A DNA stretch of 64,000 nucleotides, from assembly GCA_013203315.1 (NCBI GenBank), contig JABMQJ010000020.1, positions 77,079 to 141,078 of the forward strand, read 5' to 3'. Source of the stretch: Candidatus Omnitrophota bacterium. Lineage in GTDB: Bacteria; Omnitrophota; Gorgyraeia; JABMRN01; RBG-13-46-9. Under the pieces are notes generated by a model. That model ran no database searches. It was given only the letters and a program-made list of their open reading frames with translations, and had not been told where the DNA came from. Below are positions 38,016-50,542 of this stretch, one piece after another (the stretch's first letter is position 1; every line of letters starts with the position of its first letter). The translations under genes were made by a program, and so were the position numbers.

Positions 38016-39871
38016 TCGACCGTAACGGACTTCGCGAGATTACGCGGTTGGTCTATATCATAGCCGAATTCCCGCGCAACATAATAAGCCAGAAGTTGTA
38101 GTGGAATGGCCACAAGTATCGGAGAGAAAAGCTCGCTAATCTCCGGGACCTTTACGACATAGTTTACGTTCTGGCTGGCGATTTCTTTATCGCCTTTGGT
38201 CGCGATAGCGATGATTATCCCGCCGCGCGCTTTAATTTCCTGAATGTTGCTTAGCATTTTTTCGTAAATCTTCGCCTTGGTGGCAATGCACACAACCCAG
38301 GGGTTTTCGTCAATAAGGGCGATAGGCCCATGCTTCATCTCGCCGGCCGGATAGCCTTCAGCCGTTATGTAGGATATTTCTTTAAGCTTTAAGGCCCCTT
38401 CTAATGCGTTTGGATAATTTATGTTCCTGGCAAGATAAAGAAACGTGCTCTTATTGTGTTTTTCCAGATAATACTTTCTGAAGTTTTTCGCGTATTCCGC
38501 AATTTTATTTTTATTGCTTTTAAAATCATTGAGGGTGAGTTTTAGAAGTCTTGGGATTTTTTTAAATTCTTTTAGTAATTTCTTTTTCGTCTTACCTGAT
38601 ATAACGCCTCTTATTCGCCCGATATAAATTGTCAAAAGATAAAGTATTGCCAGTTGCGCCGTATAGGCTTTCGTGGATGCCACCGCGATTTCGGGGCCGG
38701 CGTGGGTGTATATTACGCCGTCTGCTTCTCTCGCTATAGAGCTGCCGAGCACATTGCATACAGCAAGGGTTTTGGCCTTTCGTTTTTTTGCCTCGCGAAG
38801 AGCGTGAAGCGTATCCGCCGTTTCGCCCGATTGGGATATCAGGATGACGAGGGTATTTTTCCCGACGATGGGCTTTCTGTATCTGAATTCGCTCGAGGTA
38901 TCCACCCAGACAGGAATTTCTGCCAAGTCCTCCAGCATGTATTTGCCCGTTAAGGCTGCATGATAGGCGGTGCCGCACGCGACAATAGCCATATTTTTAA
39001 TACCTTTGAATACCTTTTCTTTTATCGCGAGTTCTTCGAAATGTATTTTGTTATTTTTTAGCCGCTCTTTTAGGATATCACCTACAACATTGGATTGTTC
39101 AAATATCTCTTTTAGCATAAAATGTTTAAAGCCTGATTTTTCTGCCTGGCTTATATTCCACTTTATGCGGGTGGGTTTTCTTGAAAGAGTTTTGCCGTTT
39201 ATGTTGATTATTTTTATCGTATTTTTTGAGATTTCCGCGATTTCATAATTATTTAGAAATATAACATTTTTTGTGTAATCTAAAATGGCAGGTGCGTCGC
39301 TTGCGAAGAAATTTTCATTCTTGCCGGCACCGATAATAAGCGGGCTATCGCATCTTGCGCCTACCATTCTCTTGCGGTCTGAGGCGTGCAAACAGCAAAT
39401 GGCATACGAGCCTTTTAGGAGTTTTACTGCCTGGCGAACGGCTTCCAGCAAGTACCCTTTATAATATTTTTCGATTAAATGGGGGATGACTTCCGTATCG
39501 GTGTCAGAGACAAACTTATGCCCTTCTTTTATGAGCATAGTTTTTAGCGCCTGATAATTTTCTATGATGCCGTTATGAACAACGGCTATTTTGCCCGTGC
39601 AATCCAGGTGGGGATGTGCATTTACTTCGTTTGGTACACCGTGGGTAGCCCATCTGACATGGCCGGCACCTATATTTCCTTCCAGGGGGAAGCGTTTCAA
39701 TTCGTCCGTAAGAACATGGAGTTTACCGGCTTTTTTGCTGAAATTAATCGAACCATCCTGTAAAACCGCTATACCGGCAGAGTCATATCCTCTATACTCG
39801 AGGCGCCTAAGGCTGTTTATCAGAACTTTTGCGGCGACTTTTTTACCTGCGTATCCTATTATACCGCACAT
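38012..39871 (-). CDS. glmS: Glutamine-fructose-6-phosphate aminotransferase
   Basis: Start set at MCGIIGY (Cys2 nucleophile) at 39871. Two SIS domains and the C-terminal ...VTVE. Confidence 0.9.
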   Translation of the reverse strand: MCGIIGYAGKKVAAKVLINSLRRLEYRGYDSAGIAVLQDGSINFSKKAGKLHVLTDELKRFPLEGNIGAGHVRWATHGVPNEVNAHPHLDCTGKIAVVHNGIIENYQALKTMLIKEGHKFVSDTDTEVIPHLIEKYYKGYLLEAVRQAVKLLKGSYAICCLHASDRKRMVGARCDSPLIIGAGKNENFFASDAPAILDYTKNVIFLNNYEIAEISKNTIKIININGKTLSRKPTRIKWNISQAEKSGFKHFMLKEIFEQSNVVGDILKERLKNNKIHFEELAIKEKVFKGIKNMAIVACGTAYHAALTGKYMLEDLAEIPVWVDTSSEFRYRKPIVGKNTLVILISQSGETADTLHALREAKKRKAKTLAVCNVLGSSIAREADGVIYTHAGPEIAVASTKAYTAQLAILYLLTIYIGRIRGVISGKTKKKLLKEFKKIPRLLKLTLNDFKSNKNKIAEYAKNFRKYYLEKHNKSTFLYLARNINYPNALEGALKLKEISYITAEGYPAGEMKHGPIALIDENPWVVCIATKAKIYEKMLSNIQEIKARGGIIIAIATKGDKEIASQNVNYVVKVPEISELFSPILVAIPLQLLAYYVAREFGYDIDQPRNLAKSVTVE

Positions 39872-39881
39872 ACTTGTCTCC

Positions 39882-40307
39882 CTACAGTTGAACAAACCAG
39901 ATGCCAAGCACTATAAAAACTGTTCCCGCCAAACGCAATGGCGTAACATGTTCGCCTAAAATGAGAACGCTCAGTATGGCCGTAACCAAGGGATAAGTAG
40001 CGGCTATCGGGACGATTTGTGAAGTAGCCCCCCATTTAAGAGCTGCAAAATAAGCAATCATGCCAAAAAGTCCTGCCATAATTCCCGTTACGGAAAAAAT
40101 TGCGATTGTTTTTACGTCGGCCTGAAAAACCTGCCTTATCTTCCCGGTAAGAAGTAAGTATATAACAAGGGCGAGCGTAACAGCTATGCTTCTAATCGTA
40201 ACAGCTGTTAGCGGGTCTACTTTCCCGAGGCCTATTTTTTCTAAAACAGGCGTTGTCCCCCACAAAAAAGCCGTAAGAATAAGGAGTAAGATAATTTCGA
40301 TTTTCAT
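39882..40307 (-). CDS. Small EamA/DMT-family membrane protein (4 TM)
   Basis: 141 aa, four hydrophobic helices, EamA-like half-transporter. Confidence 0.55.
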   Translation of the reverse strand: MKIEIILLLILTAFLWGTTPVLEKIGLGKVDPLTAVTIRSIAVTLALVIYLLLTGKIRQVFQADVKTIAIFSVTGIMAGLFGMIAYFAALKWGATSQIVPIAATYPLVTAILSVLILGEHVTPLRLAGTVFIVLGIWFVQL

Positions 40308-41521
40308 TCTAGGCCCAAGACCTTTTTGTATATTTGAATATTGTTTGAGGCCATTATTTCTTTCGTAAATCTGAGTTCGGCAAACTTCCTGCCGGTTGCG
40401 CCTATTCTCTCCATCACGCTTGCGTTATCTAAAAGCATTATGGCTTTACTGGCTAAGGCTTCATAGTCTTTTATCGGAACGATATAACCGTTTATGCCGT
40501 CCTGTATGATCTCGGGCATGCCGCCTGAATTGGTAACTATCATGGGTTTTCCGGAAGCAAGCGCCTCCAGCATTGTCAGGCCGAACGGCTCTCCTACCGT
40601 CGACGGATAAAAACAAAGTTCTGCGATAGCGTACAGCTTAACCATTTCATCCAGCGAAAACATTTCGATATATAATTTATTTTTTATGCCGAGATTATCT
40701 ATCAAGTCTACTATATAGGCAATGTCTTTTTGTTGGGTTGATCCCCAATCTACGATGTTTTTTGTCCCGGCTAAAACTAAAAGTGCATCCGGGAATTTCT
40801 CTGCGATCAACCGCATTGCCTTTACGCTTACATCGCAGCCTTTGGCGATACCCATTCGCGCCGGGTGGAATATTACCCTTTTGTTTTTTAGGGGGGCGAG
40901 CCGTCCTTTATATTCTTTTTTGTTTGACGGTTTAAATCTTGTAACATCGATGCCGTGGTGAATTGTTGTCACCCGACTCGACTCGCAACCTATTCCCATG
41001 AGCTCTTTTTTAATGTAAAAACTTACCGCTATTATATGATCCCAGGCGATATCCCTTGTAAGTTTTAAAAAAAGCATGTCATCCCAGGAATTGTGCGCCG
41101 TAAGAACCAAGGGAATGCCGCGCTTTTTCTTGATCTCTTCTTCCAGGATTTTGGCATGTATTCGGCTAAAGTAATTCATGTTGTGTACATGTACAACGTT
41201 GGGTTTTGTTTTATTTAAAAAAGAGGAGATTACCTCTCTTACTTCATCTTCGATACCGACTAGGCCCCTTTTGTTCAGCCAGTTCAGGTTCATAATTGGC
41301 GCGCGCATTATTTTTACGCCCTTGTAGGTGTCGTTGGCTTTTTTACCCTCCGCAGAACCGGTGAGCAGACTCACTTCGTGGCCACTCTTCACGAGCTCCG
41401 GGAGAAGCATTACAAGATGCGTTTCCACGCCGCCTATTATAGGTGGAAATGCCCAATGCATATGCGCGATTTTAAGTTTTTTGTTAGCTTTTCTACTTTT
41501 CTTCATTTTTTTTGTTACCAT
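40304..41521 (-). CDS. Glycosyltransferase family 4 (GT-B)
   Basis: PIIGGVETHL N-terminal motif and EPFGLTMLEALASGKPMIVTNSGG C-terminal GT4 motif. The start is set at 41521 or 41506 because the longer ORF to 41605 overlaps tRNA-Glu(UUC). Confidence 0.75.
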   Translation of the reverse strand: MVTKKMKKSRKANKKLKIAHMHWAFPPIIGGVETHLVMLLPELVKSGHEVSLLTGSAEGKKANDTYKGVKIMRAPIMNLNWLNKRGLVGIEDEVREVISSFLNKTKPNVVHVHNMNYFSRIHAKILEEEIKKKRGIPLVLTAHNSWDDMLFLKLTRDIAWDHIIAVSFYIKKELMGIGCESSRVTTIHHGIDVTRFKPSNKKEYKGRLAPLKNKRVIFHPARMGIAKGCDVSVKAMRLIAEKFPDALLVLAGTKNIVDWGSTQQKDIAYIVDLIDNLGIKNKLYIEMFSLDEMVKLYAIAELCFYPSTVGEPFGLTMLEALASGKPMIVTNSGGMPEIIQDGINGYIVPIKDYEALASKAIMLLDNASVMERIGATGRKFAELRFTKEIMASNNIQIYKKVLGLE

Positions 41522-41547
41522 ATTTGATCTCCACTTCTTATCAAGAG

Positions 41548-41619
41548 CGACCCCAACGGGGGTCGAACCCGTGTTGCCAGATCGAAAATCTGGAGTCCTA
41601 ACCACTGGACGATGGGGTC
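41548..41619 (-). tRNA. tRNA-Glu (anticodon UUC), CCA not encoded
   Basis: 72 nt. GACCCCATCGTCCAGTGGTTAGGACTCCAGATTTTCGATCTGGCAACACGGGTTCGACCCCCGTTGGGGTCG. Anticodon stem CCAGA/TCTGG, loop TTTTCGA. Confidence 0.8.
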
Positions 41620-41627
41620 AAATTTTC

Positions 41628-44060
41628 TTAGTCTTCTTCTTTAATTACTCGCGCGACAGAGGCAGCTTTATCGTCTTTTCCTACCCTAATGATGCGCACG
41701 CCTTGCGCGCCACGGCCGGTAGCGCGTATATCTTTTACGGCGCAGCGTTCGATCATGCCCTTGGCGGTTATAATCATTATGTCGTCACCGTCCGAAACCA
41801 TCTTAAGGCCGATAACAGGGCCGTTTTTCTCTGTTACCTTTATATTGATGATGCCTTTGCCGCCCCTTGACTGGACGCGGTAGGCTTGCGCTTCTGTTCT
41901 TTTACTGAACCCGTTTTCCGTAACGCTCAAAAGTGTTGCTTTTTTATCCGCGATAACCTGCACGCCGACAACTATGTCTTTTTTGCCTAATTTTATGGCC
42001 CGCACCCCGGCAGCAGCCCTTCCCATGTCGCGTATGTCTGATTCGTTAAATCTTATAGCTTTTCCCTCTCTTGTCACTATAAATACCTCGTCTTTGCCCG
42101 AGGTAAGCTGCGCGGATATTAGCCTATCGTCCCCGGAAAGAGAGATGGATATTATACCACTTTTCCTTATATTTGCAAACGCGGAAAGGGCGGTTTTTTT
42201 CATCTTGCCCATGCGCGTTGTCATCATTAAAAATTTTCCTTCCTCGAACTTTTTAACCGGGATGCTAGAGGTAATACCCTCGCCGCCTGAGAGAGACAAC
42301 ATGTTTACTATGGCCCTCCCCTTTGCTGTACGGCCGGCCTGTGGGATGTCGTAAACTTTTACCACATAGGCCTTACCTTTGTCCGTAAAGAAAAGGAGGT
42401 TATCGTGTGTTGAGGCGACAAACAGATCCTCGACAAAATCTTCGTCTTTCACCCCGGCGCCGGAAACGCCTTTTCCGCCGCGGCGTTGTTTTTTGTAAGC
42501 GCTTACGGGAAGTCTTTTTATGTACCCTGCGTGGCTTATGGTTATTACAACGTCTTCTTCCTGGATAAGGTCTTCCATTTCGACTTCTTCGACCGCTCCT
42601 ATAAGCTCTGTTCTTCTTTCGTCTCCGAACTTTTTGTTGAGCTCAGTTAATTCTTCTTTTATTATACCCTGCACTTTTTTCTCGCTGGCCAGGATAGCGT
42701 TAAGTAGTTCGATTTTCTTGAGCAGCTCCTTATATTCCTTGTCTATTTTTTCCCGTTCCAGATTTGTAAGCCGCTGCAATTGCATTTCGAGAATGGCCTG
42801 AGCTTGTCTTTCGCTTAATTTGAACTTTTTTATAAGTTCTTTTTTAGCGTCTGCCGGGTCTTTTGATTTTTTTATAATTCTAATTATTCTGTCTAGGTTT
42901 TTGAGCGCTATTTTCAGCCCTTCCAGTATGTGCGCCCTTGCTTCGGCTTTTTCTTTGTCAAAAATCGTTCTTTTTACTATTATTTCTTTCCGGTGCTCGA
43001 CATAATACGAGAGCATCTCTTTTAGGTTCAGCACCCTCGGGCGGTTGTTGACAAGGGCGAGCATTATAACGCCGTATGTGGTCTTCATTTGCGTGCGCTT
43101 GTAAAGCTGGTTTAAGGTTACCTGGGCATTCTGCCCGCGCCTTAATTCGACAACAACCCTCATGCCGTCTTTATCTGATTCATCTCTTAAGTCGGTGATC
43201 CCTTCGACTTTCTTATCCTGAACAAGGTTGGCTATGGAAGAAATGAGATTGTTTTTATTAACCTGGTAAGGAATCTCGGTAATAACTATACTTTCCTTGC
43301 CGCCCTTATGGCTTTCGACGGAGGCCTTGGCGTGAACAAGGAGCCTGCCCCTTCCTGTTTCATAGGCTTTCTTTATGCCGTCTTTACCGCATATCATGCC
43401 GCCTGTAGGAAAATCCGGGCCTTTTATTTTTTTCATTAAATCCTTGATCTCACAGCCAGGGTGGTCAATTAAATGTATTATGCCTTCGACAACTTCGGTT
43501 AAATTGTGCGAGGGTATGTTTGTTGCCATGCCAACGGCGATACCACTTGACCCGTTTAGCATCAGATTGGGCGCTGCAGATGGTAAAACGCTGGGTTCTT
43601 TAAGGGAGTTGTCAAAGTTGGGAACGAATTTAACTGTGTTCTTTTCTATGTCCTGCAGGAGCCAAGCTGTAATACGCTGTAGGCGCGCTTCCGTGTATCG
43701 CATCGCTGCCGGGGAGTCGCCGTCGATTGACCCGAAGTTACCTTGGCCGTCAACCAGCGGGTACCGCAAGGAGAAGTCCTGCACCATTCTCACCAGGGCG
43801 TCATAAACCGCCATGTCTCCGTGCGGATGGAATTTTCCCAAAACTTCGCCGGTGATCCTGGCGCTTTTCTTATACGTCTTGCTGTGTTCGAGATTCAGCT
43901 CTTTCATGGCGAAAAGAATTCTTCTGTGAACAGGTTTCAAGCCGTCCCTTACGTCCGGAAGGGCCCTTCCCACAATTACGCTCATGGCATAATTGATGTA
44001 GGAATCTTTCATTTCATCTTCTATGTGGATCGGAACTATTTTCTCGTTTCTGGTATACAT
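41628..44060 (-). CDS. gyrA: DNA gyrase subunit A
   Basis: 810 aa. Active-site region [10 protein letters not shown] with the catalytic Tyr. QRDR-like segment and C-terminal beta-pinwheel repeats. Confidence 0.95.
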   Translation of the reverse strand: MYTRNEKIVPIHIEDEMKDSYINYAMSVIVGRALPDVRDGLKPVHRRILFAMKELNLEHSKTYKKSARITGEVLGKFHPHGDMAVYDALVRMVQDFSLRYPLVDGQGNFGSIDGDSPAAMRYTEARLQRITAWLLQDIEKNTVKFVPNFDNSLKEPSVLPSAAPNLMLNGSSGIAVGMATNIPSHNLTEVVEGIIHLIDHPGCEIKDLMKKIKGPDFPTGGMICGKDGIKKAYETGRGRLLVHAKASVESHKGGKESIVITEIPYQVNKNNLISSIANLVQDKKVEGITDLRDESDKDGMRVVVELRRGQNAQVTLNQLYKRTQMKTTYGVIMLALVNNRPRVLNLKEMLSYYVEHRKEIIVKRTIFDKEKAEARAHILEGLKIALKNLDRIIRIIKKSKDPADAKKELIKKFKLSERQAQAILEMQLQRLTNLEREKIDKEYKELLKKIELLNAILASEKKVQGIIKEELTELNKKFGDERRTELIGAVEEVEMEDLIQEEDVVITISHAGYIKRLPVSAYKKQRRGGKGVSGAGVKDEDFVEDLFVASTHDNLLFFTDKGKAYVVKVYDIPQAGRTAKGRAIVNMLSLSGGEGITSSIPVKKFEEGKFLMMTTRMGKMKKTALSAFANIRKSGIISISLSGDDRLISAQLTSGKDEVFIVTREGKAIRFNESDIRDMGRAAAGVRAIKLGKKDIVVGVQVIADKKATLLSVTENGFSKRTEAQAYRVQSRGGKGIINIKVTEKNGPVIGLKMVSDGDDIMIITAKGMIERCAVKDIRATGRGAQGVRIIRVGKDDKAASVARVIKEED

Positions 44061-44070
44061 ATTACTCCTT

Positions 44071-46545
<2,475 letters not shown>

Positions 46546-46848
46546 TTATTCTTTTATATCCCCTATCCTGAACTGCAATTGTTTTATTTTATTACGATTT
46601 TTTAAATTCTTATTAAATTCTTGTATAAGTTTGGTTTTTTCCGTAGTAAGCTTGTAAAGCCAGGATGAATTACTTACATTTACGACAAGTTTTTTTGATT
46701 TAAGGAAAGCTGGTTTTGTTTGTTTAGCACCTTTTTTTCCAACTGTTTTTCCCCATGTTTTTAAAATATCGGTTTCTTCTTTTTCTTTTTCTCCCAGGTT
46801 AGAGAGAAGTTCTTTAATTATGCTTTTTAACGGCGTTCCTTCGCTCAT
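46546..46848 (-). CDS. DUF721-domain protein (DciA-like helicase-loading factor candidate) between dnaN and gyrB
   Basis: 100 aa at the classical dnaA-dnaN-X-gyrB position. ...LVVNVSNSSWLYKLTTEKTKLIQEFN resembles DUF721 (...VDSSVWLQEL...). Confidence 0.55.
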   Translation of the reverse strand: MSEGTPLKSIIKELLSNLGEKEKEETDILKTWGKTVGKKGAKQTKPAFLKSKKLVVNVSNSSWLYKLTTEKTKLIQEFNKNLKNRNKIKQLQFRIGDIKE

Positions 46849-47942
46849 GTAACTTGCATCGGCAAGACTACGTATACATATTCGTTGCCCAGCCTTATTA
46901 CACCCGGTTTGTCGGTATCACCCAATTCAAGCCCTATTTGTTTTTCGTCTATATTTTTTAGCGCTTCGATAATATAGTTAGGATTAAACCCCACAGACAC
47001 GTTTTTACCTTTATAAAGCACACCCAACTCTTCTCTCACCTCTCCCGTGTACTGGGTATTTTTTGAAACAGCCATTCTGTCTTTTGATATATCGAGTTTA
47101 ATCGCCATAGAATCCGGGTTTGTGAGAATTGAGGCTCTTTTTGCGGCTGCCAGTAAAGCATTTTTATCTATTATAATTTTTTCTTTAACCTCTTTCGGTA
47201 TAACCTGTTCATAATTAGGGAAGTCACCTTCTATAAGCCTGGAAATAACGAAAGTGTCTTTTAAATCAAATAAAATTTGGTTTTCGCCGAATGATATCGT
47301 AACATCGCCCTCTTCTTGTAGTAACCTACTTAGCTCCTGAATGGTTTTTGTAGGTACAATGATTTTTTTATCTATAATGGTTTCGTTTGGAAGGGTTTTT
47401 TCAATAACTGCAAGCCTGCGTCCATCTGTGGCCACGAGTTTAATGGTTTTTTTCTTTGTAATAAGGAGCACACCGTTTAAAACATATCTTGTCTCGTCTT
47501 TGCTTACCGCGAAAGATGTCATAGATATCATGTTTTTTAGAAAGTTTTGTGGAAGGGTTATGGTATCTTTGTTTTTGAAATTAGGTGGGGGTGGGAATTC
47601 GTCTTTTGGTAATCCTACGATTTTAAAAATTATTTTTTCGCACTCAATTATAACAGTATTATTCTTTTTTGTTGTGATAGATATATCACCGGTGTCCGGG
47701 AGTTCTTTTATAATATCAAGAAATTTCTTAGCCGGTAGTGTAATGGCACCCTCTATTTCCGGTTTTACTGGTATTATTGAAGATATACCTATGTCTAGGT
47801 CCGTAGCGGTTATTTTTATAGAATTTTTGCTTGCTTCCAGTAATATATTAGCTAATATAGGTAGAGTGGTTTTGGAGGATATCGCGTTTTGTACTTTTTG
47901 AATTATTTTAAAAATATCTCCCTTACTGGCTTTAAATTTCAT
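46845..47942 (-). CDS. dnaN: DNA polymerase III beta sliding clamp
   Basis: 365 aa, three-domain clamp. MKFKASKGDIFKIIQKVQNAISSKTTLPILANILLEA. Confidence 0.9.
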   Translation of the reverse strand: MKFKASKGDIFKIIQKVQNAISSKTTLPILANILLEASKNSIKITATDLDIGISSIIPVKPEIEGAITLPAKKFLDIIKELPDTGDISITTKKNNTVIIECEKIIFKIVGLPKDEFPPPPNFKNKDTITLPQNFLKNMISMTSFAVSKDETRYVLNGVLLITKKKTIKLVATDGRRLAVIEKTLPNETIIDKKIIVPTKTIQELSRLLQEEGDVTISFGENQILFDLKDTFVISRLIEGDFPNYEQVIPKEVKEKIIIDKNALLAAAKRASILTNPDSMAIKLDISKDRMAVSKNTQYTGEVREELGVLYKGKNVSVGFNPNYIIEALKNIDEKQIGLELGDTDKPGVIRLGNEYVYVVLPMQVT

Positions 47943-48015
47943 ATTACACTATCCCTCCTTTTTACTACTCTCTACTATTATATTTAATATAAAAGATAGT
48001 CGTACTCATAGTAGG

Positions 48016-48106
48016 GGTTGTGGATTGTTGATGGTTGTTGTAACATGCTCACATAAAACAACTTACAACCAAAAAACAGTACACAAGTTATCCACATATC
48101 CACAAT
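48016..48106. promoter_or_regulatory. oriC DnaA-box cluster between dnaN and dnaA, with flanking AT-rich tracts
   Basis: TTATCCACA (perfect) at 48088..48096, aTATCCACA at 48097..48105, TTGTGGATT (reverse box, 1 mismatch) at 48019..48027. AT-rich candidate unwinding tracts lie at ~47975..48000 and 48106..48124. Confidence 0.55.
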
Positions 48107-48124
48107 CCATATATAATACAAAAA

Positions 48125-49522
48125 CTACCCTTTAATATTCAGAACCAACTTATCTATAACCCAGCGCACTTTTTCGTCAGTTTTTAAAGCTCTCTCAAGT
48201 TTATCACAAGCATGAAGAACTGTTGTGTGGTCTCTACCACCAAAAGAATGCCCTATCTCAGGCAAAGAAAGGTCGGTGAGGTTCCTACTTAAATACATAG
48301 CGATCTGTCTCGGGTAAGCCACCTGCCGGGTTCTTTTTTTTGCCTTCATATCCCCAATGCCGATATCAAAATATTGAGCAACCTTTTTTTGTATTAACTC
48401 AACACCAATTTTCCTCTCACCCTCAATAATCATTTCTTTCAATACTTCCTTGGCAAGATCTACGGTTATGGTCTTGTTCATTAATTTGGCGTAAGCAACC
48501 ACACGAATGAGGGCGCCCTCGAGTTCGCGTATATTTGTTTTTACTTTTTCAGCCAAGAAAAAGAAAAGATCATCCGGAAGATACATGGTCTCTTTTTGGC
48601 TTTTTGTTTTTAGAATAGCTATTCTTGTTTCAAAATCCGGCGGTTGTATATCTGTAATTAAACCCCACTCAAATCGCGAGACCAATCTTTCCTCTAATGT
48701 ACGGATCTCTTTAGGTGATCGGTCGCTTGACATCACTATTTGTTTGTGGGCATCATAAAGAGAATTAAATGTATGGAAAAATTCTTCCTGCGTGGACTCT
48801 TTCCCGCCTATAAAATGTATATCATCTATCAGGAGAACATCAACGTATCTGAATTTCTGGCGGAATTTATGCGTAGTTCGGGTTTGTATGGCGCTTATCA
48901 ACTGGTTTGTGAAGTCTTCACTGGATATGTAAAGGATTTTTGTCTTTGGGGATCTCTTAATAAGGTCGTTACCCATTGCGTGCATGAGATGTGTTTTTCC
49001 AAGCCCAACCCCGCCGTAAATAAAAAGAGGATTATATGCTTTGGCCGGGGATTCTGCAATAGCCACGGAAGCCGCGTGAGCAAATCGGTTACTCGACCCT
49101 ATAACAAAATTATCAAACGTATATTTTCCATTTAAACGCGTCTCCTTAGGGGGCGCTTCGTCTGCTTGTCCTTGTTTTGGGAAAACAGCCCTAAACCAGC
49201 CTTTTTTCTCTTTCGGCGCGGATTTTTTATCAGTATCTTTTTGGGGCACATGATTTCCCGCAGTAGGAGAAATAGAAAACTCAACAACAAGCTTTTTATT
49301 GGCGACATGGCTAAGGTGGGAACTAAGAAGGCCGGCGTATCTTTCACTGACCCATTCTTTGAAGAATTCATTCGGGACACCTAAAACCAGCCTGTCATCA
49401 GAAAGCGCAAGCGGCACCATCTGCATAAACCAGTTATTGAAGACCTGGTCGCTCACCTCATTTTTAAGGTGACTTAGGAGGTTATTCCACAGTTCGATAT
49501 GGGTGATAGAAGCATTTGGCAT
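48125..49522 (-). CDS. dnaA: Chromosomal replication initiator protein DnaA
   Basis: 465 aa. AAA+ Walker A GGVGLGKTHLMHA. C-terminal DNA-binding signature YPRQIAMYLSRNLTDLSLPEIGHSFGGRDHTTVLHA. Confidence 0.95.
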   Translation of the reverse strand: MPNASITHIELWNNLLSHLKNEVSDQVFNNWFMQMVPLALSDDRLVLGVPNEFFKEWVSERYAGLLSSHLSHVANKKLVVEFSISPTAGNHVPQKDTDKKSAPKEKKGWFRAVFPKQGQADEAPPKETRLNGKYTFDNFVIGSSNRFAHAASVAIAESPAKAYNPLFIYGGVGLGKTHLMHAMGNDLIKRSPKTKILYISSEDFTNQLISAIQTRTTHKFRQKFRYVDVLLIDDIHFIGGKESTQEEFFHTFNSLYDAHKQIVMSSDRSPKEIRTLEERLVSRFEWGLITDIQPPDFETRIAILKTKSQKETMYLPDDLFFFLAEKVKTNIRELEGALIRVVAYAKLMNKTITVDLAKEVLKEMIIEGERKIGVELIQKKVAQYFDIGIGDMKAKKRTRQVAYPRQIAMYLSRNLTDLSLPEIGHSFGGRDHTTVLHACDKLERALKTDEKVRWVIDKLVLNIKG

Positions 49523-49526
49523 AAGT

Positions 49527-49590
49527 TATCCACACCTATGTACACAACAATCCAATACAGATATACAACTTATTCACAAGTTACCCACAG
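49527..49590. promoter_or_regulatory. Second DnaA-box cluster upstream of dnaA (bipartite origin arrangement)
   Basis: TTATCCACA (perfect) at 49527..49535, TTATTCACA at 49571..49579, TTACCCACA at 49582..49590. An AT-rich tract follows at ~49690..49750. Confidence 0.55.
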
Positions 49591-49765
49591 GGTTTTTAGG
49601 CCCACAGGCAAGAACACCCGGCATGGCCTACTCCGGAAAATGGGCACATTAAAGAAGACCGCCTATGCGCGAGGCCGCTAATCAAAAAACCGGGTGCAAC
49701 AATTATATCAAAAGAATATTTTTTTGCAAGAGTTTTTTTATATAAACACCAAGATACTTTTCTTC

Positions 49766-49793
49766 TTGACTAGATTAGAAAGTATGTTATAAT
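49766..49793 (+). promoter_or_regulatory. Promoter of the rpmH-rnpA-yidD-yidC operon (TTGACT-16-TGtTATAAT)
   Basis: TTGACT at 49766..49771, extended -10 TGtTATAAT at 49785..49793, 9 nt before the rpmH ATG at 49803. Confidence 0.5.
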
Positions 49794-49802
49794 CTACCAC
49801 CT

Positions 49803-49940
49803 ATGAAAAAAAATCTCAAAGCAAAGTCTAACCGAAAACGCCGACGAAAACACGGATTCCGACGGCGCATGCGCACAAAAAACGGCCAGGCAGTGCTAAG
49901 AAGGCGAAGAAAAAAAGGACGTAAGCGGTTAACGGTATAA
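49803..49940 (+). CDS. rpmH: 50S ribosomal protein L34
   Basis: 45 aa, below the ORF-track length cutoff. [45 protein letters not shown]. Confidence 0.85.
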   Translation: MKKNLKAKSNRKRRRKHGFRRRMRTKNGQAVLRRRRKKGRKRLTV

Positions 49941-49982
49941 TACCGCCAAATACGCAGTTTACGAAAAAACTTCGCTACGACA

Positions 49983-50315
49983 ATGACAAAAGAAAAAAGC
50001 CTCCGGAAACCGGCGGATTTTAAGAAAGTATTTAAAGAAGGCAAAAGGCTCCTAAGTCCTCGTTTCGTTCTGTATGTGCGGGACAATGCCCTACCCCAGG
50101 CGCGGGTAGGTATCTCTATCGCAAAAATTCATTTTAAACTTGCTACCCGCAGGAATCAATTAAGGAGGGCGGCTAAGGAAACAATCAGGCAAGAAGCCGG
50201 AAGGTTTATCAAGGGATGCGATCTTGTCGTTACATCCAGGGCGAGCACCTTGAAGCCAGACATCAATGAAAGCATTGTTGAATTAAAAGAGCTGATCCGG
50301 AAATTAAAGAAATAA
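49983..50315 (+). CDS. rnpA: Ribonuclease P protein component
   Basis: 110 aa, basic. LRKPADFKKVFKEGKRLLSPRFVLYV. Sits at the rpmH-rnpA position. Confidence 0.85.
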   Translation: MTKEKSLRKPADFKKVFKEGKRLLSPRFVLYVRDNALPQARVGISIAKIHFKLATRRNQLRRAAKETIRQEAGRFIKGCDLVVTSRASTLKPDINESIVELKELIRKLKK

Positions 50316-50319
50316 AAAT

Positions 50320-50541
50320 ATGCGCAAAATCATTCAAGACACATTGATTTTCACGATAAATTTTTATCGTAAGTATTTATCAACATTGAAGTTACAATCA
50401 TGCAGATTTCATCCAACATGTTCTGAATATGCGGCAGAATGTCTTAAGGAATTCGGTGTTACAAAAGGTATTTTTAAAAGCGCCAGGAGAATTCTAAAAT
50501 GCCACCCCTTTCATCCGGGTGGCCACGATCCGGTAAAATAA
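50320..50541 (+). CDS. yidD: Membrane protein insertion efficiency factor YidD
   Basis: 73 aa. CRFHPTCSEYAAECLKEFGV. Confidence 0.85.
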   Translation: MRKIIQDTLIFTINFYRKYLSTLKLQSCRFHPTCSEYAAECLKEFGVTKGIFKSARRILKCHPFHPGGHDPVK

Positions 50542-50542
50542 T

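Noticed and set aside
38012-39907. glmS ribozyme, and T-box or other riboswitches upstream of aaRS genes
   Set aside because: There is no untranslated space upstream of glmS, thrS, glnS, gltX or pheS. Each is preceded directly by a gene or tRNA.
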